Below are positions 11,477-23,637 of a stretch of DNA of 64,000 nucleotides, piece by piece (the first letter of the stretch is position 1; every line of letters starts with the position of its first letter). The position numbers and the translations under genes are program-made. The stretch covers positions 37,634,001 to 37,698,000 of the forward strand of contig OX597832.1 in assembly GCA_951406725.2 (NCBI GenBank). The letters run 5' to 3'. The notes beneath the pieces were generated by a model. The model did not search any database and was not told where the DNA came from. It saw nothing but the letters and a program-made list of their open reading frames with translations. The DNA is from Octopus vulgaris (Eukaryota).

Positions 11477-12499
11477 GGGCAACCAGATCGAACTGTCTCA
11501 AGTGTAACTGCTCGAAACAGTAAGGACTTATGGTATACTTGTCTGCCTTTGTATCTTCTTTCCGAATGTTTTATTCAATTAGATCTTACCTCTCATTCCT
11601 ACCCAACAATGTCATTCTAAAAATGAACAATCACATCATTGAAATCTTGAAACTGTGAGATAATGAATTATTAATTCATAAAAATGTGAATTTAAAAAAA
11701 GAAACATACATTTCACAGAGTAATAGGAATGCTGGAGGGTCGCTAAATATGCACAGAAGTGAAGTCTCTTCGAGATGTATAAAGAACGACGAAATCTTTC
11801 TCCCTGACAGAGCATTGTTGACTTGGAGAATTATAAAGAAATGCTGTTGTATTTTGTGGGCTATACCCGGCTAGCAGCCGAGTTCATGGGGTCTATCGCA
11901 CTGCTGCCTTACTTTGACAAGAACAGCTAGGCAATTTTTCTTTGTTTGGTGGCTATGACAAAAAGTAGTTGTGTGGTGGACAATATTAAAAGACCTGGAG
12001 AAAGACGCTCCTCTTCTGCTAAGCGCTTCTCAGAATCATCATTTGATTTAGAGAGGAGGTTGAGGTTTACGAGTTCATTTTCTTTGCTGATAGGTGGGTA
12101 GTAGTGAAGAAAATGGTTGGGTGAATGAGTCTGTTCTCAGTATGAGTCTGTAGTTCCGTGACTGTGGAGATGAATAGGATTCTCTGATTAGTCTCCAGAT
12201 GGTTCCTCATCCACTGAGGCATTTCTTTTTACCAATTTGTTGCTTTTCATGCACTTTTGTTCGTATCATTTCGTATCTCCACCTACAGCTTTGTCGGTTA
12301 TCCCATAGAAATGTTTGCAGTAATAAAGAAAACATTCAGATAGGGATCCATACCAGAGAAAGACAAACTGGAATAAGCAAAACCAAAGGAGACACGTTAA
12401 AGACATTACAGGGTGTGTGCCAGAAGAACTTTAACAAAGAAACTAAAATAATACTAATAAAGACCAAATATATAGTGCCTGTGTTTAATTGGCAAAATG

Positions 12500-13300
12500 T
12501 GTGCTAAATTATTGTCATAATCTTCCTGAATCTCTTCAATTCTCGGACTAGATCATCACATTTCAACTTTTTTTCAATTTTTTTGCAATCCACCCTTATG
12601 GTTTTTCGGAGCCAATGATTTTACACTGTTTCTTTTGATCTTTTTAATCATATCTAGTCGCCTTTCTTCAGTAGCATGATCAGTTTCTATGGAGAAGTCC
12701 CATCCTGTAATTCTAGTTCTGTAACTTATTTTGGGATTGATTACTCAGCAGGCTCCAAGTCCGATATGGACGCAGTTTTCCTCACTTATCAGTTCACTTT
12801 CTACATTTGCTCTTTTCGTGTATCGGCGATCAGTGTCTGCACGTGGATGATGGGCTCCATGCATTGTTTTGAAGTTTTCTTGTCTTCCTGTCCAACTCGT
12901 TTAGTTCATCCTCTGTCCACTTCAGAATTCCAGCGCCATATCGAACCACTGCGACAGCGCCCGAGTTTATTGCTGGAATTTTGCTTCTGGCATTCAGCTT
13001 CGAGTCCAATATTCTTCTCAATCGTCGTAGATTCTCTTTCCTTGTCTTTTCTTTCATATAATTATGCTTAATTCCATCTGCTTCAAGTATTTCCAGGTAT
13101 CTACATCCAGATTCAGGTTCAATTGTCTTCATCATTTCGCCACTTGGCATATAATTTCTTCTCCGACAAGTTTTCCTTGTCTCATCCCCATCACAGCACA
13201 TTTTGGAAGTCCAAACTCAATTTTAATATCATTTAAGAAAATACACACAGACTGGACTAGACTGTCCAGTTATGCCTCTTTTGTAATCCTTGAATGGCAG
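12500..13300 (-). mobile_element. Decayed R4/Dong-type (RLE) non-LTR retrotransposon with internal deletion
   Basis: RT C-terminal region YLEILEADGIKH...KLNARSKIPAINSGAVAVVRYGAGILKWTEDELNELDRKTRKL, closely followed by the RLE-region motif WDFSIETDHATEERRLDM. Frameshifted. Confidence 0.85.
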
Positions 13301-13662
13301 ATGATTAAGTTTTCTTTTACCACTTGATTGAAAGCGCTTACTACCCATCAGCTGGGACTATTCCCATTCTCATTTCTGAGAGTTAGGGACTATGGGCGCT
13401 TGTCTTTCATATGATGTCCATGATTCTCTTTCTAGGAGAGAGGTGACGTCGGTTGATTCCATATCCACATCCGACCATCACTCGGAAGCTAGCTCCCGGT
13501 TCGTGGTTCACCTTCATCACCGAGGGTAAAGCCATTGGCCACTAACATGTTGTTACCAAGGTGACTAAAAAATTCTATCTACCCAGTATTCCTTATCATC
13601 ATCATCATCATCATCGTCGTCGTCGTCGTCGTCGTCGTCGACATCATCATCATCGTCGTCAA

Positions 13663-13710
<48 letters not shown>

Positions 13711-13756
13711 TGTTATTATTGTTGTTGTTGTTGTTGTTGTTGCCTTTGTTATTATT

Positions 13757-13975
13757 AAGGCGGCGAGCTGGCAGAATCATTAGCACGCCGGACAAAATGC
13801 TTAGTGACATTTCTACCGGCTTTTACGTCCTGAATTGAAACTACCCCGCGTTCGACTTTACCGTTCTTTCTTTCGAGGTCAATGAAATAAGTGCTAATGG
13901 CATACTGGGGCCGATGCAATCGGTTAGCCTCTCACACCTTAAGATTTTAAACTTCTAGTATCTATATTAGAAAGG

Positions 13976-13978
<3 letters not shown>
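13757..13978 (+). mobile_element. SINE family A with (ATT)n tail
   Basis: AAGGCGGCGAGCTGGCAGAATC head, core, then AGAAAGGATT(ATT)n. Confidence 0.85.
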
Positions 13979-14028
<50 letters not shown>

Positions 14029-14056
14029 CATTATTATTATTATTGTTGTTATTCTA

Positions 14057-14200
14057 TGTTTGACTTTTTCTTTTCATTTGTAAAAGTTGGCTCCAAGTCT
14101 CACCCAGAGACCTCAAGAGACAACAAGTTGGATGTTCATGTTGGTGTTATGCCTAGGGTGTCATGTATTTGGTTTTGTACATAGTGTTGTACTAGAGAAT
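14057..14200 (-). mobile_element. 3' UTR fragment of the R4/Dong-type LINE, within (ATT)n
   Basis: Reverse complement of 43278-43381 (TCTCTTGAGGTCTCTGGGTGAGACTTGGAG...AAAAGTCAAACA). Confidence 0.85.
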
Positions 14201-14201
14201 G

Positions 14202-14287
<86 letters not shown>

Positions 14288-15036
14288 CATTATTGTTATA
14301 ATTATCATTATTACCAAGGGCGATAGACTGCCTTTGATCCATTCATTGTGCAGGTGTCAATGGAATAAGTCATCAGTTATAGATACCAGTTATATATTGG
14401 GGTGATACACAGTTCAGCACAGCCCTTCCTTTACCCTCTCGGATGTGTGGCTTGTGCCAAACTTATAAATCATTATTATAGTTTAATATGTCAGTCTTTT
14501 CGTCTGCCGCTGTTGTTGCTGCAGTTTCTGCTGCTGCTGCTGCTGCTGTTTATAAGCTTTACTGATTCGACGCCACCCGTCGCTGAAGAGGAAGGGGTAT
14601 GAGGATGGAAACAAAAAAGATCTGTGGTAGGTTGGGTAGTATCATGGCGTGTCGCAGTGGGTGGTTGGTGGATTACAGGTGTAATACGGGTGGCTAACAG
14701 CGAATCTACTTAATTAAACTATCGAACTAAATGCATAATTTGAGGTTTCGTTCTGTTTTTGTTCTTGTTGTTGTTGTTATTGTTGTTGGTGGTGGTGGTG
14801 GCGGTGCTCTTCGCGGCTGCTCTCTCAATGCTGCTGCTGCTGTTGCTGTTGCTGCTGGTGTTGTTGTTGTTGTTTGTATTGTTTCTGTATTTTTGTTAAA
14901 CTGTTGCTAGGCGATAGTTATTCGCAGAGGGAAAAAGAAAGGAAGAATAATGTAGCGTAAATAATGGAGTCTTATCTAAGAAAACGTCAGACACAGCACG
15001 ACTTTGGTGGCGACTCATATACATACATATATATAG

Positions 15037-15104
<68 letters not shown>

Positions 15105-15497
15105 TGTATTATTTGTGTTTGTGTATTTATATATACTTATATACACACACATACACACATATGAATGTAATATATATATGAGTGTTTTATAAGTATTTAT
15201 AAGTATATGTGCATATATAAATATTTTTGTGTGTGTGTGTGTGAGTGTGTGTGTATATATATATACATATATACACACCTATAAATATTATATTTATATG
15301 AGTGTGTTTTATAAGTATTTATAAGTATATGTGCATATATAAATATTTGTGTGTGTGTGTGTGTGAGCGTCCATGCCAGTGTGTGTATATGTTTGAGTGT
15401 GTGAAAATAAGTAGTATCTAATTTTTCGAAGTATATATCAGCCTTTATGTGTAAATGTGGATATGCGTGTGCGTATACGTGCATGTATATCACCTCT

Positions 15498-15499
<2 letters not shown>

Positions 15500-15555
<56 letters not shown>

Positions 15556-15778
15556 AGTATGTGCGTATGTATGTATGCATGTATGTATGTATGTATGTAT
15601 GTGTGTATGTATGTATGTATGTATGTATGTATGTATGTATGTATGTATGTATGTATGTGCGTATGTATGTATGTATGCATGTATGTATGTATGTATGTGC
15701 GTATGTATGTATGTATGTATGTATGTATGTATGCATGTATGTATGTATGTATGTATGTATGTATGTATGTATGTATGC

Positions 15779-15809
<31 letters not shown>

Positions 15810-15913
15810 AGTATGTGCGTATGTATGTATGCATGTATGTATGTATGCATGTATGTATGTATGTAAAAGTATGTGCGTATGTATGTATGTATGTATGTAT
15901 GTATGTATGTATG

Positions 15914-15945
<32 letters not shown>

Positions 15946-16445
15946 AGTATGTGCGTATGTATGTATGCATGTATGTATGTATGCATGTATGTATGTATGT
16001 AAAAGTATGTGCGTATGTATGTATGTATGTATGTATGTATGCATGTATGTATGTATGTAAAAGTATGTGAGTATGTATGTATGTATGTATGTATGTATGT
16101 ATGTATGTATGTATGTATGTATGTATGCATGTATGTATGTATGCATGTATGTATGTATGTAAAAGTATGTGCGTATGTATGTATGTATGTATGTATGTAT
16201 GTATGTATGTATGTATGTATGTATGTATGTATGTATGTATGTATGTATGTATGTATGTATGTATGTATGTGCGTATGTATGTATGTATGTATGTATGTAT
16301 GTATGTATGTATGTATGTATGTATGTATGCATGTATGTATGTATGTATGTATGTATGTATGCATGTATGTATGTATGTATGTATGTATGTATGTATGTAT
16401 GTATGTATGAATGTATATATGTATGTATGTATGTTTGTATGAATG
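15500..16445. repeat. About 0.95-kb (TATG)n array with recurrent variant units
   Basis: Direct reading. A GTAAAAGTATGTG marker occurs at 15551, 15805, 15863, 15941, 15999, 16057 and 16159. Confidence 0.95.
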
Positions 16446-16529
16446 TATATATGTATGTATGTATGTACCTATCTATCTACCTGTCTGTCTGTATATCTGT
16501 CTGTCAATCTATCGACATGTATATCTAAA

Positions 16530-16912
16530 CTAGCAGTATCGCCCGGCGTTGCTCAGGTTTGTAAGGGAAATAACTATAAAGCATTTTTAGAGAGTTATAG
16601 CCAAAAAATAGCAAAAAAATGGAAAAAAAATGATGGTAAATTTTTTTTGAGGGATAAAAAGGTGGAGTTGCGTCCCCTAGACGGTCTGTGGTTTGGGTTT
16701 CAGATTCTCGACCCCATGTCGAATTTATCGATCTTTTTCAGAACTGGGGGAACTTTTCAAAATTTTCGCTGCGTTAGTTTTGAATTATGACATTGGGCTA
16801 TGTGTGTGTCAAGTTTCATCAGAATCGGTTGAAAGCCGTGGTCAGAGTGAGGGTACGAGAAAACAGACACACAGAAAACGCACAGACAAACTGCCGTTTA
16901 TATAGAGAGAGA
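16530..16912 (-). mobile_element. Non-autonomous Helitron
   Basis: On the minus strand it has an A|TC 5' end, a subterminal GC hairpin and a CTAG|T 3' end. It is an inverted copy of 17642-18026. Confidence 0.85.
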
Positions 16913-17641
16913 TATGCATATATAATTTGTGTATACATCTAGATACATCTTTATATATATAATGTAGATATAAGATATTGTTTTAGTATGTGTGCCACTA
17001 TGTATATATGTGTGTGTGTTTGTGTGTGTGTGTGGTGGTGGTGGGGGGTCGTGGTATGCATGCGTTTGCGTGTGCGCGTAAATTGTATTCATCAAAACAT
17101 CCGCATCTATATTTATATTCAGTACATTCCTATGAGTGAGGGCGCATGAGACTACAGGTAACAGGTATTGCAATCACGATTGCGAGGTCGTCGGTTCGAT
17201 CTCAGGACCGGCGGTACTTTGTGTTCTTCAGCAAAGCATTTCATCTCGCATTGCTCTGCAATCACTTCCACATATGATGTGTGGTACACCTTACATCTGT
17301 GCAAGTAGGGCCGATATGCTAGTGTGAGGGACCTAATGTACACTACGAATACTGGATCACTATATACAAACTGTATGTGCAGCTTCTTCGGCAAGAAATT
17401 GCAGAGCCGTCTTCATCAGACTCGGAAGACTAATACATTCATTATATCTATTCAGTTTTGTATGATAGAACAATGAAGTAAACCTTACTAGCATCTACCA
17501 TCCGGACAAGATCTCTTGGTGAGATATACCCATAGTAAGGAGCGACTTTTAGTCCTCAGAACTGGTGGCATCTGAAATTATGTCTGTCACTCACACTTCT
17601 CTACCTGTCAGGCAGTGAATCCTAGATATTGGCAATCCTTA

Positions 17642-18026
17642 TCTCTCTATATATAAACGGCAGTTTGTCTGTCTGTGTGTCTGTGTGTCTGTCAGGTTGT
17701 ACTCTCACCCTGGCCACGGCTTTCAACCGATTCTGATGAAACTTGACACACACATAGCCCAATGTCATAATTCAAAACTAACGCAGCGAAAAGTTTGAAA
17801 AGTTCCCCCAGTTCTGGAAAAAACCGATAAATTCGACATGGGGTCGAGATTCAGAAACACAAACCACAGACTGTCTAGGGGACGCAACTCGATCTTTTTA
17901 ACTCTCAAAAAAAAATTTACCATAATTTTTTTTCCATTTTTTTGCTATTTTTTGGCTATAACTCTCTAAAAATGCTTTATAGTTATTTCCCTTATAAACC
18001 CGAGCAACGCCGGGCGATACTGCTAG
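17642..18026 (+). mobile_element. Non-autonomous Helitron
   Basis: A|TCTCTCTAT...(CTGT/GT)n...CCCGAGCAACGCCGGG hairpin...CTAG|T. It sits between A and T with no TSD. Confidence 0.88.
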
Positions 18027-18477
18027 TATTATTCTAAAACAGGTTGGCCATTGGGATGAGTGATTTTTTTTGTGTGGAGAACCTGAATGTAGATTAGCAA
18101 TAAATGATGAGTCCATTGCTCGGTTATCATAAACAACTCCCTCACCAAATTCTTAGCTCAGTTGTGCTAAAAAGGTGGAGGGGGACATGTCATTTTGGAA
18201 TAAACTGTCGACCTTTCCAGGCCGAGACGCCGCAGAACAACGAAACGTTCTGCAGGTAATTTTGTTTTGTATCTGAGCATTGCTAACTTACATCGATCAG
18301 CTGTTGCCACACATGGGATGGATCTCGCTATCAGCTGAACCCACCCCCAAAACAGCTCTAGTACTTTAATTTAGCCGGGAATGGCATGCAGTTTCTTACA
18401 GCCTGGTTGCTATGGCCAAGGTGATCGCGTGATAAAAAAGGAAAAGATTAAAACCACTGAACGCGAAAAACACTTAC

Positions 18478-18513
18478 GTTTTGGCAAAGCCCTCCTCAAC
18501 CTCATCAAAGTTC
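18478..18513 (-). CDS. Candidate 36-nt internal coding exon of an unidentified gene, (x)NFDEVEEGFAK(T)
   Basis: Acceptor ctctactttagcttcctcttcag, donor AAC|gtaagt, frame-preserving length, purine-rich, and located in a repeat-free island. Confidence 0.4.
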
Positions 18514-18977
18514 CTGAAGAGGAAGCTAAAGTAGAGAATAGTGCTGTTATTCAGTAATATATCAAAATATGAATGAGTGATGTGAGAATGCTCTAAGTGA
18601 ATGGGTTTACTTTCATCATTCGGCCAATGGATACAACAAGTTGAGGAAACTTGCCCTCGGTGTGAACGGTAATTTGGCTTGTACAAGGTTCATTGATTGA
18701 CCCCAGGGGGTTTCCCTGCACCCTATAGGGACTTTCATTCAATTTTTGTTTTGTGCTGTTGTAGTATATTTTTTTACTTTCTGTTTTCATGTCGTTTAGT
18801 AAAACCCCCACGTTTTCAGTAATTTGTCCTCACAGTCGTCACACTTGTAGCAAAATATATTATAAATATTAAAAAAAAAGAAAACAAGAAACGAAGAAAA
18901 TAAATAAAAAGAAATGTAAAATATCAGCAAAAAAGCATAAAAATTAAAATGAAAAAAAAAGTAAATCATTTGTATTG

Positions 18978-19014
<37 letters not shown>

Positions 19015-19057
19015 GCTGACATTGCGATCGTTGTGGTGGATGGTGGCGGCGGCGGCG

Positions 19058-19105
<48 letters not shown>

Positions 19106-19530
19106 CAAGAAGAAGAAGACGGCGACGATGAGCCAGCAATGGGAGCAGCAGTAGTAGTAAGGTTCATTTTGTTTCCTTCTCGTTTATTCTTTGATTTTGG
19201 TATCAATGTTATTACGGAAATTATAAATATTCGGCTTCATTATATTATTGCTGCTCTTTGTTGTTGCTGTCGTCATAGCCGTCATCGTTATTGTTGTTGT
19301 TGTTGTTGTTGTTGTTGTTATAACTGGTGACGGTGCTTGAGGTGGTGGCGGCGGCGGCGGTGTTAGAATGTGGCTGTTTCATGTTGAATTGCCAAAATGT
19401 TGCATTTCATATAAAACTAAATGGAATACCGACAACATGGCACCAGTCACCTCCGTTGCACACGCGCGTGCGCACAGACACACACACATACACACACACA
19501 TTCAGATTCACAACTCCCATACACATACAC

Positions 19531-19598
<68 letters not shown>

Positions 19599-19848
19599 TA
19601 ATAATAATAATAAAGACGCTTGCAAATATACATGTATGTGTGTGAGAGTGTGTTTGCGTATACACGCTTACACACACTCGCATACACACCCACAAGCATA
19701 CACATATGCATACACACACAGAGAGCTGTGCAGTGGCAATGGACCAAGACCTACATGCTTACTAAATGTACATTTTAACCCCAGAGCCATGCCTGTATCT
19801 ACACACACACACACATATATATATACATACGTCCATACGTATGTGTGC

Positions 19849-19889
<41 letters not shown>

Positions 19890-19921
19890 AACACACACAA
19901 ATGCACATATATATTTATATA

Positions 19922-20079
19922 TTGGCGTGATTGTTTGGTAAGAAGCTTGTTTCCCAACCACATGGTCCCGGGTTCAGTCCCACTGCGTGGCACATTGGGT
20001 AAGTGTTTTCTACTATATCCTCGGGCCGACCAAATAGAGGGGATTTGGTAGACGGAAACTGAAAGAAGCCCGTCGTATA

Positions 20080-20146
<67 letters not shown>

Positions 20147-20159
20147 ATACATATATATA

Positions 20160-20226
<67 letters not shown>

Positions 20227-20270
20227 GTATTTATGTGTGTGTGCCTGTGTCTGTGTTTGTCCCCCATCAC
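19922..20270 (+). mobile_element. SINE family B, 5' half plus internal microsatellite
   Basis: GGTAAGAAGCTTG...GGGTTCAGTCCCACTGCGTGGCAC...GGAAACTGAAAGAAGCCCGTCG followed by (TA)n/(TG)n. Confidence 0.85.
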
Positions 20271-20282
20271 ATGTACATACAC

Positions 20283-20323
<41 letters not shown>

Positions 20324-20510
20324 TATATATGTAAGCATGATTGTACATGTGTATACGTATATATTTGTGTGTGTGTGTGCGTGTGTGCGTGTTTACATAT
20401 GTATATATATGTGTGTATACACACATATGCCTCTTTCTTTACCTCTCTCTCTATATATATATATACACACAAACACACACATCTATATACTCCCACACAT
20501 ATATATGGAT

Positions 20511-20539
20511 AGATAGATAGATCGATCGATCGATCGATC

Positions 20540-20622
<83 letters not shown>
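20511..20622. repeat. (GATA)n microsatellite with an internal (GATC)n run
   Basis: Direct reading. Confidence 0.95.
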
Positions 20623-20624
<2 letters not shown>

Positions 20625-21363
20625 CATTTAGGTGTGTTCAGTTAAAAATATTAGAGTATTCACGTTCAGTTAATTATTCGTTGCTTGATAACGTTCTGAT
20701 ATGATCTATCTATTATTTTTTGGATGTTTCATCCTACGATTCAGTGAGTGTGTAAAACATCCAGTTCACTGGTATGTCGGTTGAATACCACATAAATAAT
20801 GGGTATAATGCAAATTAAAAACAATGAATTAAATAATTATGTTATATCATATTATTTTATAGTAATAGTATATTGTGTCATATTGTAATATAAATAAATT
20901 ATTGGGTTGTCATTTGTATCACTCTATTTAATTTATTGCTTATTTATATATTTCGGTAATTGTAAGTGAGAAAATCGTAATTCTTAGCTAATATCAAAAA
21001 CATGTACAAAATCCCATGAAATATTAATGATTTCTTTACTTGAGTAGAACCATGCCTGAAAATTACAGACGATCAATTTTACACCCATCGAGTTTAATAA
21101 GACTTCTACAACGGCTGCACATGTCAATCCAGTCAATAGAAATTATGAAAGGAAAGGTGACAATACTCACCCCTGTCGAAGGTTTCGAATTAGCCCTATT
21201 TACCCAAACGCAATATCTAAGTTATAGGGACTTCAACCAAAAGTTGCCCATTAATCGCAGAGTCCTGCAAAACCTTCCACAGTATGTCACACGATACGCG
21301 GTCATATACCTTTTCGAAGTCTACAAAGCAAGCGCATATCTCTTGACAATACTCCCACTATTC

Positions 21364-21581
21364 AAGGCGGTGAACTGGTAGAATCGTTAGCACAACGGGC
21401 GAAATACTTAACGGCATTTCGTCCGTTCTTATGTTCTGAGTTCAAATTCCGCCGAGGCCGACTTCACCATTCATCCTTTTGGGTTGGATAAAATAAATAC
21501 CAGTGGAACACTGGGATCGATGTAATCGACTTGCCCCACTCCTCTGGAATTGCTGACCGTGAACCAAAATTTGAAACCAAT
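21364..21581 (+). mobile_element. SINE family A
   Basis: Head, B-box-like GAGTTCAAATTCC, core, tail CCAAAATTTGAAACCAAT. Confidence 0.85.
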
Positions 21582-22724
21582 ATTCCCACGATTCCTTGAA
21601 GATCTGCCGTACAGTGAATGTCTGCCTATTTGTCCTGCATCTACAATTTCTGCAATTTCCCTACATCTCTTTTCCAAATATCTATCGTATACTTTACTGG
21701 AGAGATTCAAGAAAGAGATTCCTCTTTAATTAGTGCACTCTCGTCTTATTACTTAAACATTGAGTTGTGTTTTTTTCTGATTCAGAACTCGGAACATGAG
21801 GACGAGTGAAAGGCAGCGATGCATTATGTCAACCATGCAAACAATTCAACAAGCTCGCCGCCTTTTTAGCTTAATATTGATATTTGTATCAGCTTCAATT
21901 ACGTCTGCGATAGACATTGTTTTTACCTGTTGAGTTTTATTTTTGGAAGGTGCATTCGTTTGTCCATACGAAGATCTGTTGTTCTTGATCCTAGAATTGC
22001 ATTCAATTTTAGAGTGTCAAAGGGACGCTTTTGCTTTTCATAATTTTCTCTTTTAATTTTTTGGTTTCCATATTTCATTTTTTACTTGTTCCTTTATTTG
22101 CAGAGTTCTTGTTAGGTTTGTGTGTGTCAATATGGTACAGGTCTAGTGTTTAATTTTGGGCTGTTTTCTTATTTACTTCGTTTATGTTACTGTTCTTAGT
22201 TCTATCTTAACGGATTATCCTCACCGTGTCTAAGCATTTCATTTTCTTTAATTTGCGAGACTTCAAGACTAAAGTCCGACTCTTTAATTAGATTATCGAC
22301 ATTTTCCTCGTATACCAGTTTGTTTCTATTCTTGCTGTTGAATTTTCCACGCATGATGCTTTTCTACTCTTTGAGCAACAAATTCAAAGAATGTGTTTCT
22401 TGGGCTGAATGATACGGTTTTTATTTGAATTATTTTGCATATTTTTGTGGTTAATGCATACGGACGGTTTTGATGTGGACAATGCGTCGATAGCCGTGTT
22501 TACACAGGGCGTAAGAACGTTGGGTTCTGTAAAGTGTCATTTTTATGTGATAAATAGTAATAAATTCTAAGGCGTATTACGTACGTAGTTGTCTTTTTAA
22601 CATTTCGTGTCAATTTTTTTTCATTCCAGGTTATTGACTAATTTTCGGAGCAATGACTCTGCATTCTCACATGTTAAACGCCCTTCGGTGCCCTACTGTC
22701 ATCATCATCATCATCATGATTATT

Positions 22725-23216
22725 GTTATTGAGTGGGAGAGCAGCGCATACCAACAAGGTGACACTGGGGTACAAATATATGAAGCCCAATATATATCCA
22801 TCCTGATTACCCGTTTGATAAGTGTACACCAGGCACATGCATCCACCCATATGTCTGTGACATGGTGATCTTACATCATGATAAACAATGCATGACCTTG
22901 CAGGTGGGGGCCCAGTAAAAATTTTCCTCCGGTCGAGTAGCCCATCCCGCTCAAAAGGTTCCTGAATAAGGTTTGTATAAGAATGTTGAATGAAACACCC
23001 TTGTTTCCAGAGGTGAATAATTAAAACCCCAAAGAATGATGCTCATGATCAGAGATGCACATATCGTCAGCCACTAAGGGACATGCTCAACTGGTATTGA
23101 GCAGAATATTTGCTTTAGCCCATCTTTTTATAGCAAGAGAAAACAATGTACATGATAACACTTCCATTCAGTTAAGATAAGTCATGAGAGCCACTGCCTG
23201 GCACTGCATCAGGGTA
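22725..23216. mobile_element. Probable retroposon-derived repeat flanked by ATT/ATC runs, class unresolved
   Basis: A sharply bounded, more GC-rich block between trinucleotide runs. There is only one copy in the window and no clear ORF. Confidence 0.4.
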
Positions 23217-23246
23217 TTTATTATTGTTGTTGTTGTTGTCATTATG

Positions 23247-23406
<160 letters not shown>

Positions 23407-23411
23407 CCGAT

Positions 23412-23636
23412 AGGGTGGCAAGCTGACAGAAACGTTTGCACGCTGGACGAAATGCTTGTGGTATTTCGCCCGTCGCTGCGCACTGAGTTCAAATTCCGAC
23501 GAGGTCGACTTTGCTTTTCATCCTTTCGGGGTCGATAAATTAACTACCAGTGAAACAATGGGGTCCATGAAATTGGATAGTGCCCTCACCGCAAATCTGA
23601 GGCCTTGTGCCTCCAGTAGAAAAGATTATTATTATT
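23412..23636 (+). mobile_element. SINE family A
   Basis: Head, core, and tail GGCCTTGTGCCTCCAGTAGAAAAG(ATT)n. Confidence 0.85.
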
Positions 23637-23637
23637 A

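Noticed and set aside
11830-12230. Penelope ORF N-terminal remnant (LVNL...LSRRGASF, minus strand)
   Set aside because: The resemblance needs a frameshift and is too short to support without a search.
13330-13560. HDV-like ribozyme at the putative 5' end of the R4-type LINE
   Set aside because: It is GC-rich with a hairpin, but I could not fit the P1/P2/P3/L3 nested pseudoknot by eye.
15500-16445. CRISPR-like repeat-spacer pattern
   Set aside because: The 'spacers' are TATG microsatellite, the context is eukaryotic, and no cas genes are present.
17732-17741. CTGATGAAAC inside the Helitrons as a hammerhead
   Set aside because: CUGAUGA and GAAA overlap, leaving no room for helix II.
18796-18852. 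CYKCDDCEDK as a zinc finger or LIM fragment
   Set aside because: It lacks the second pair of ligands before the stop, and the only acceptor is a weak AAG.
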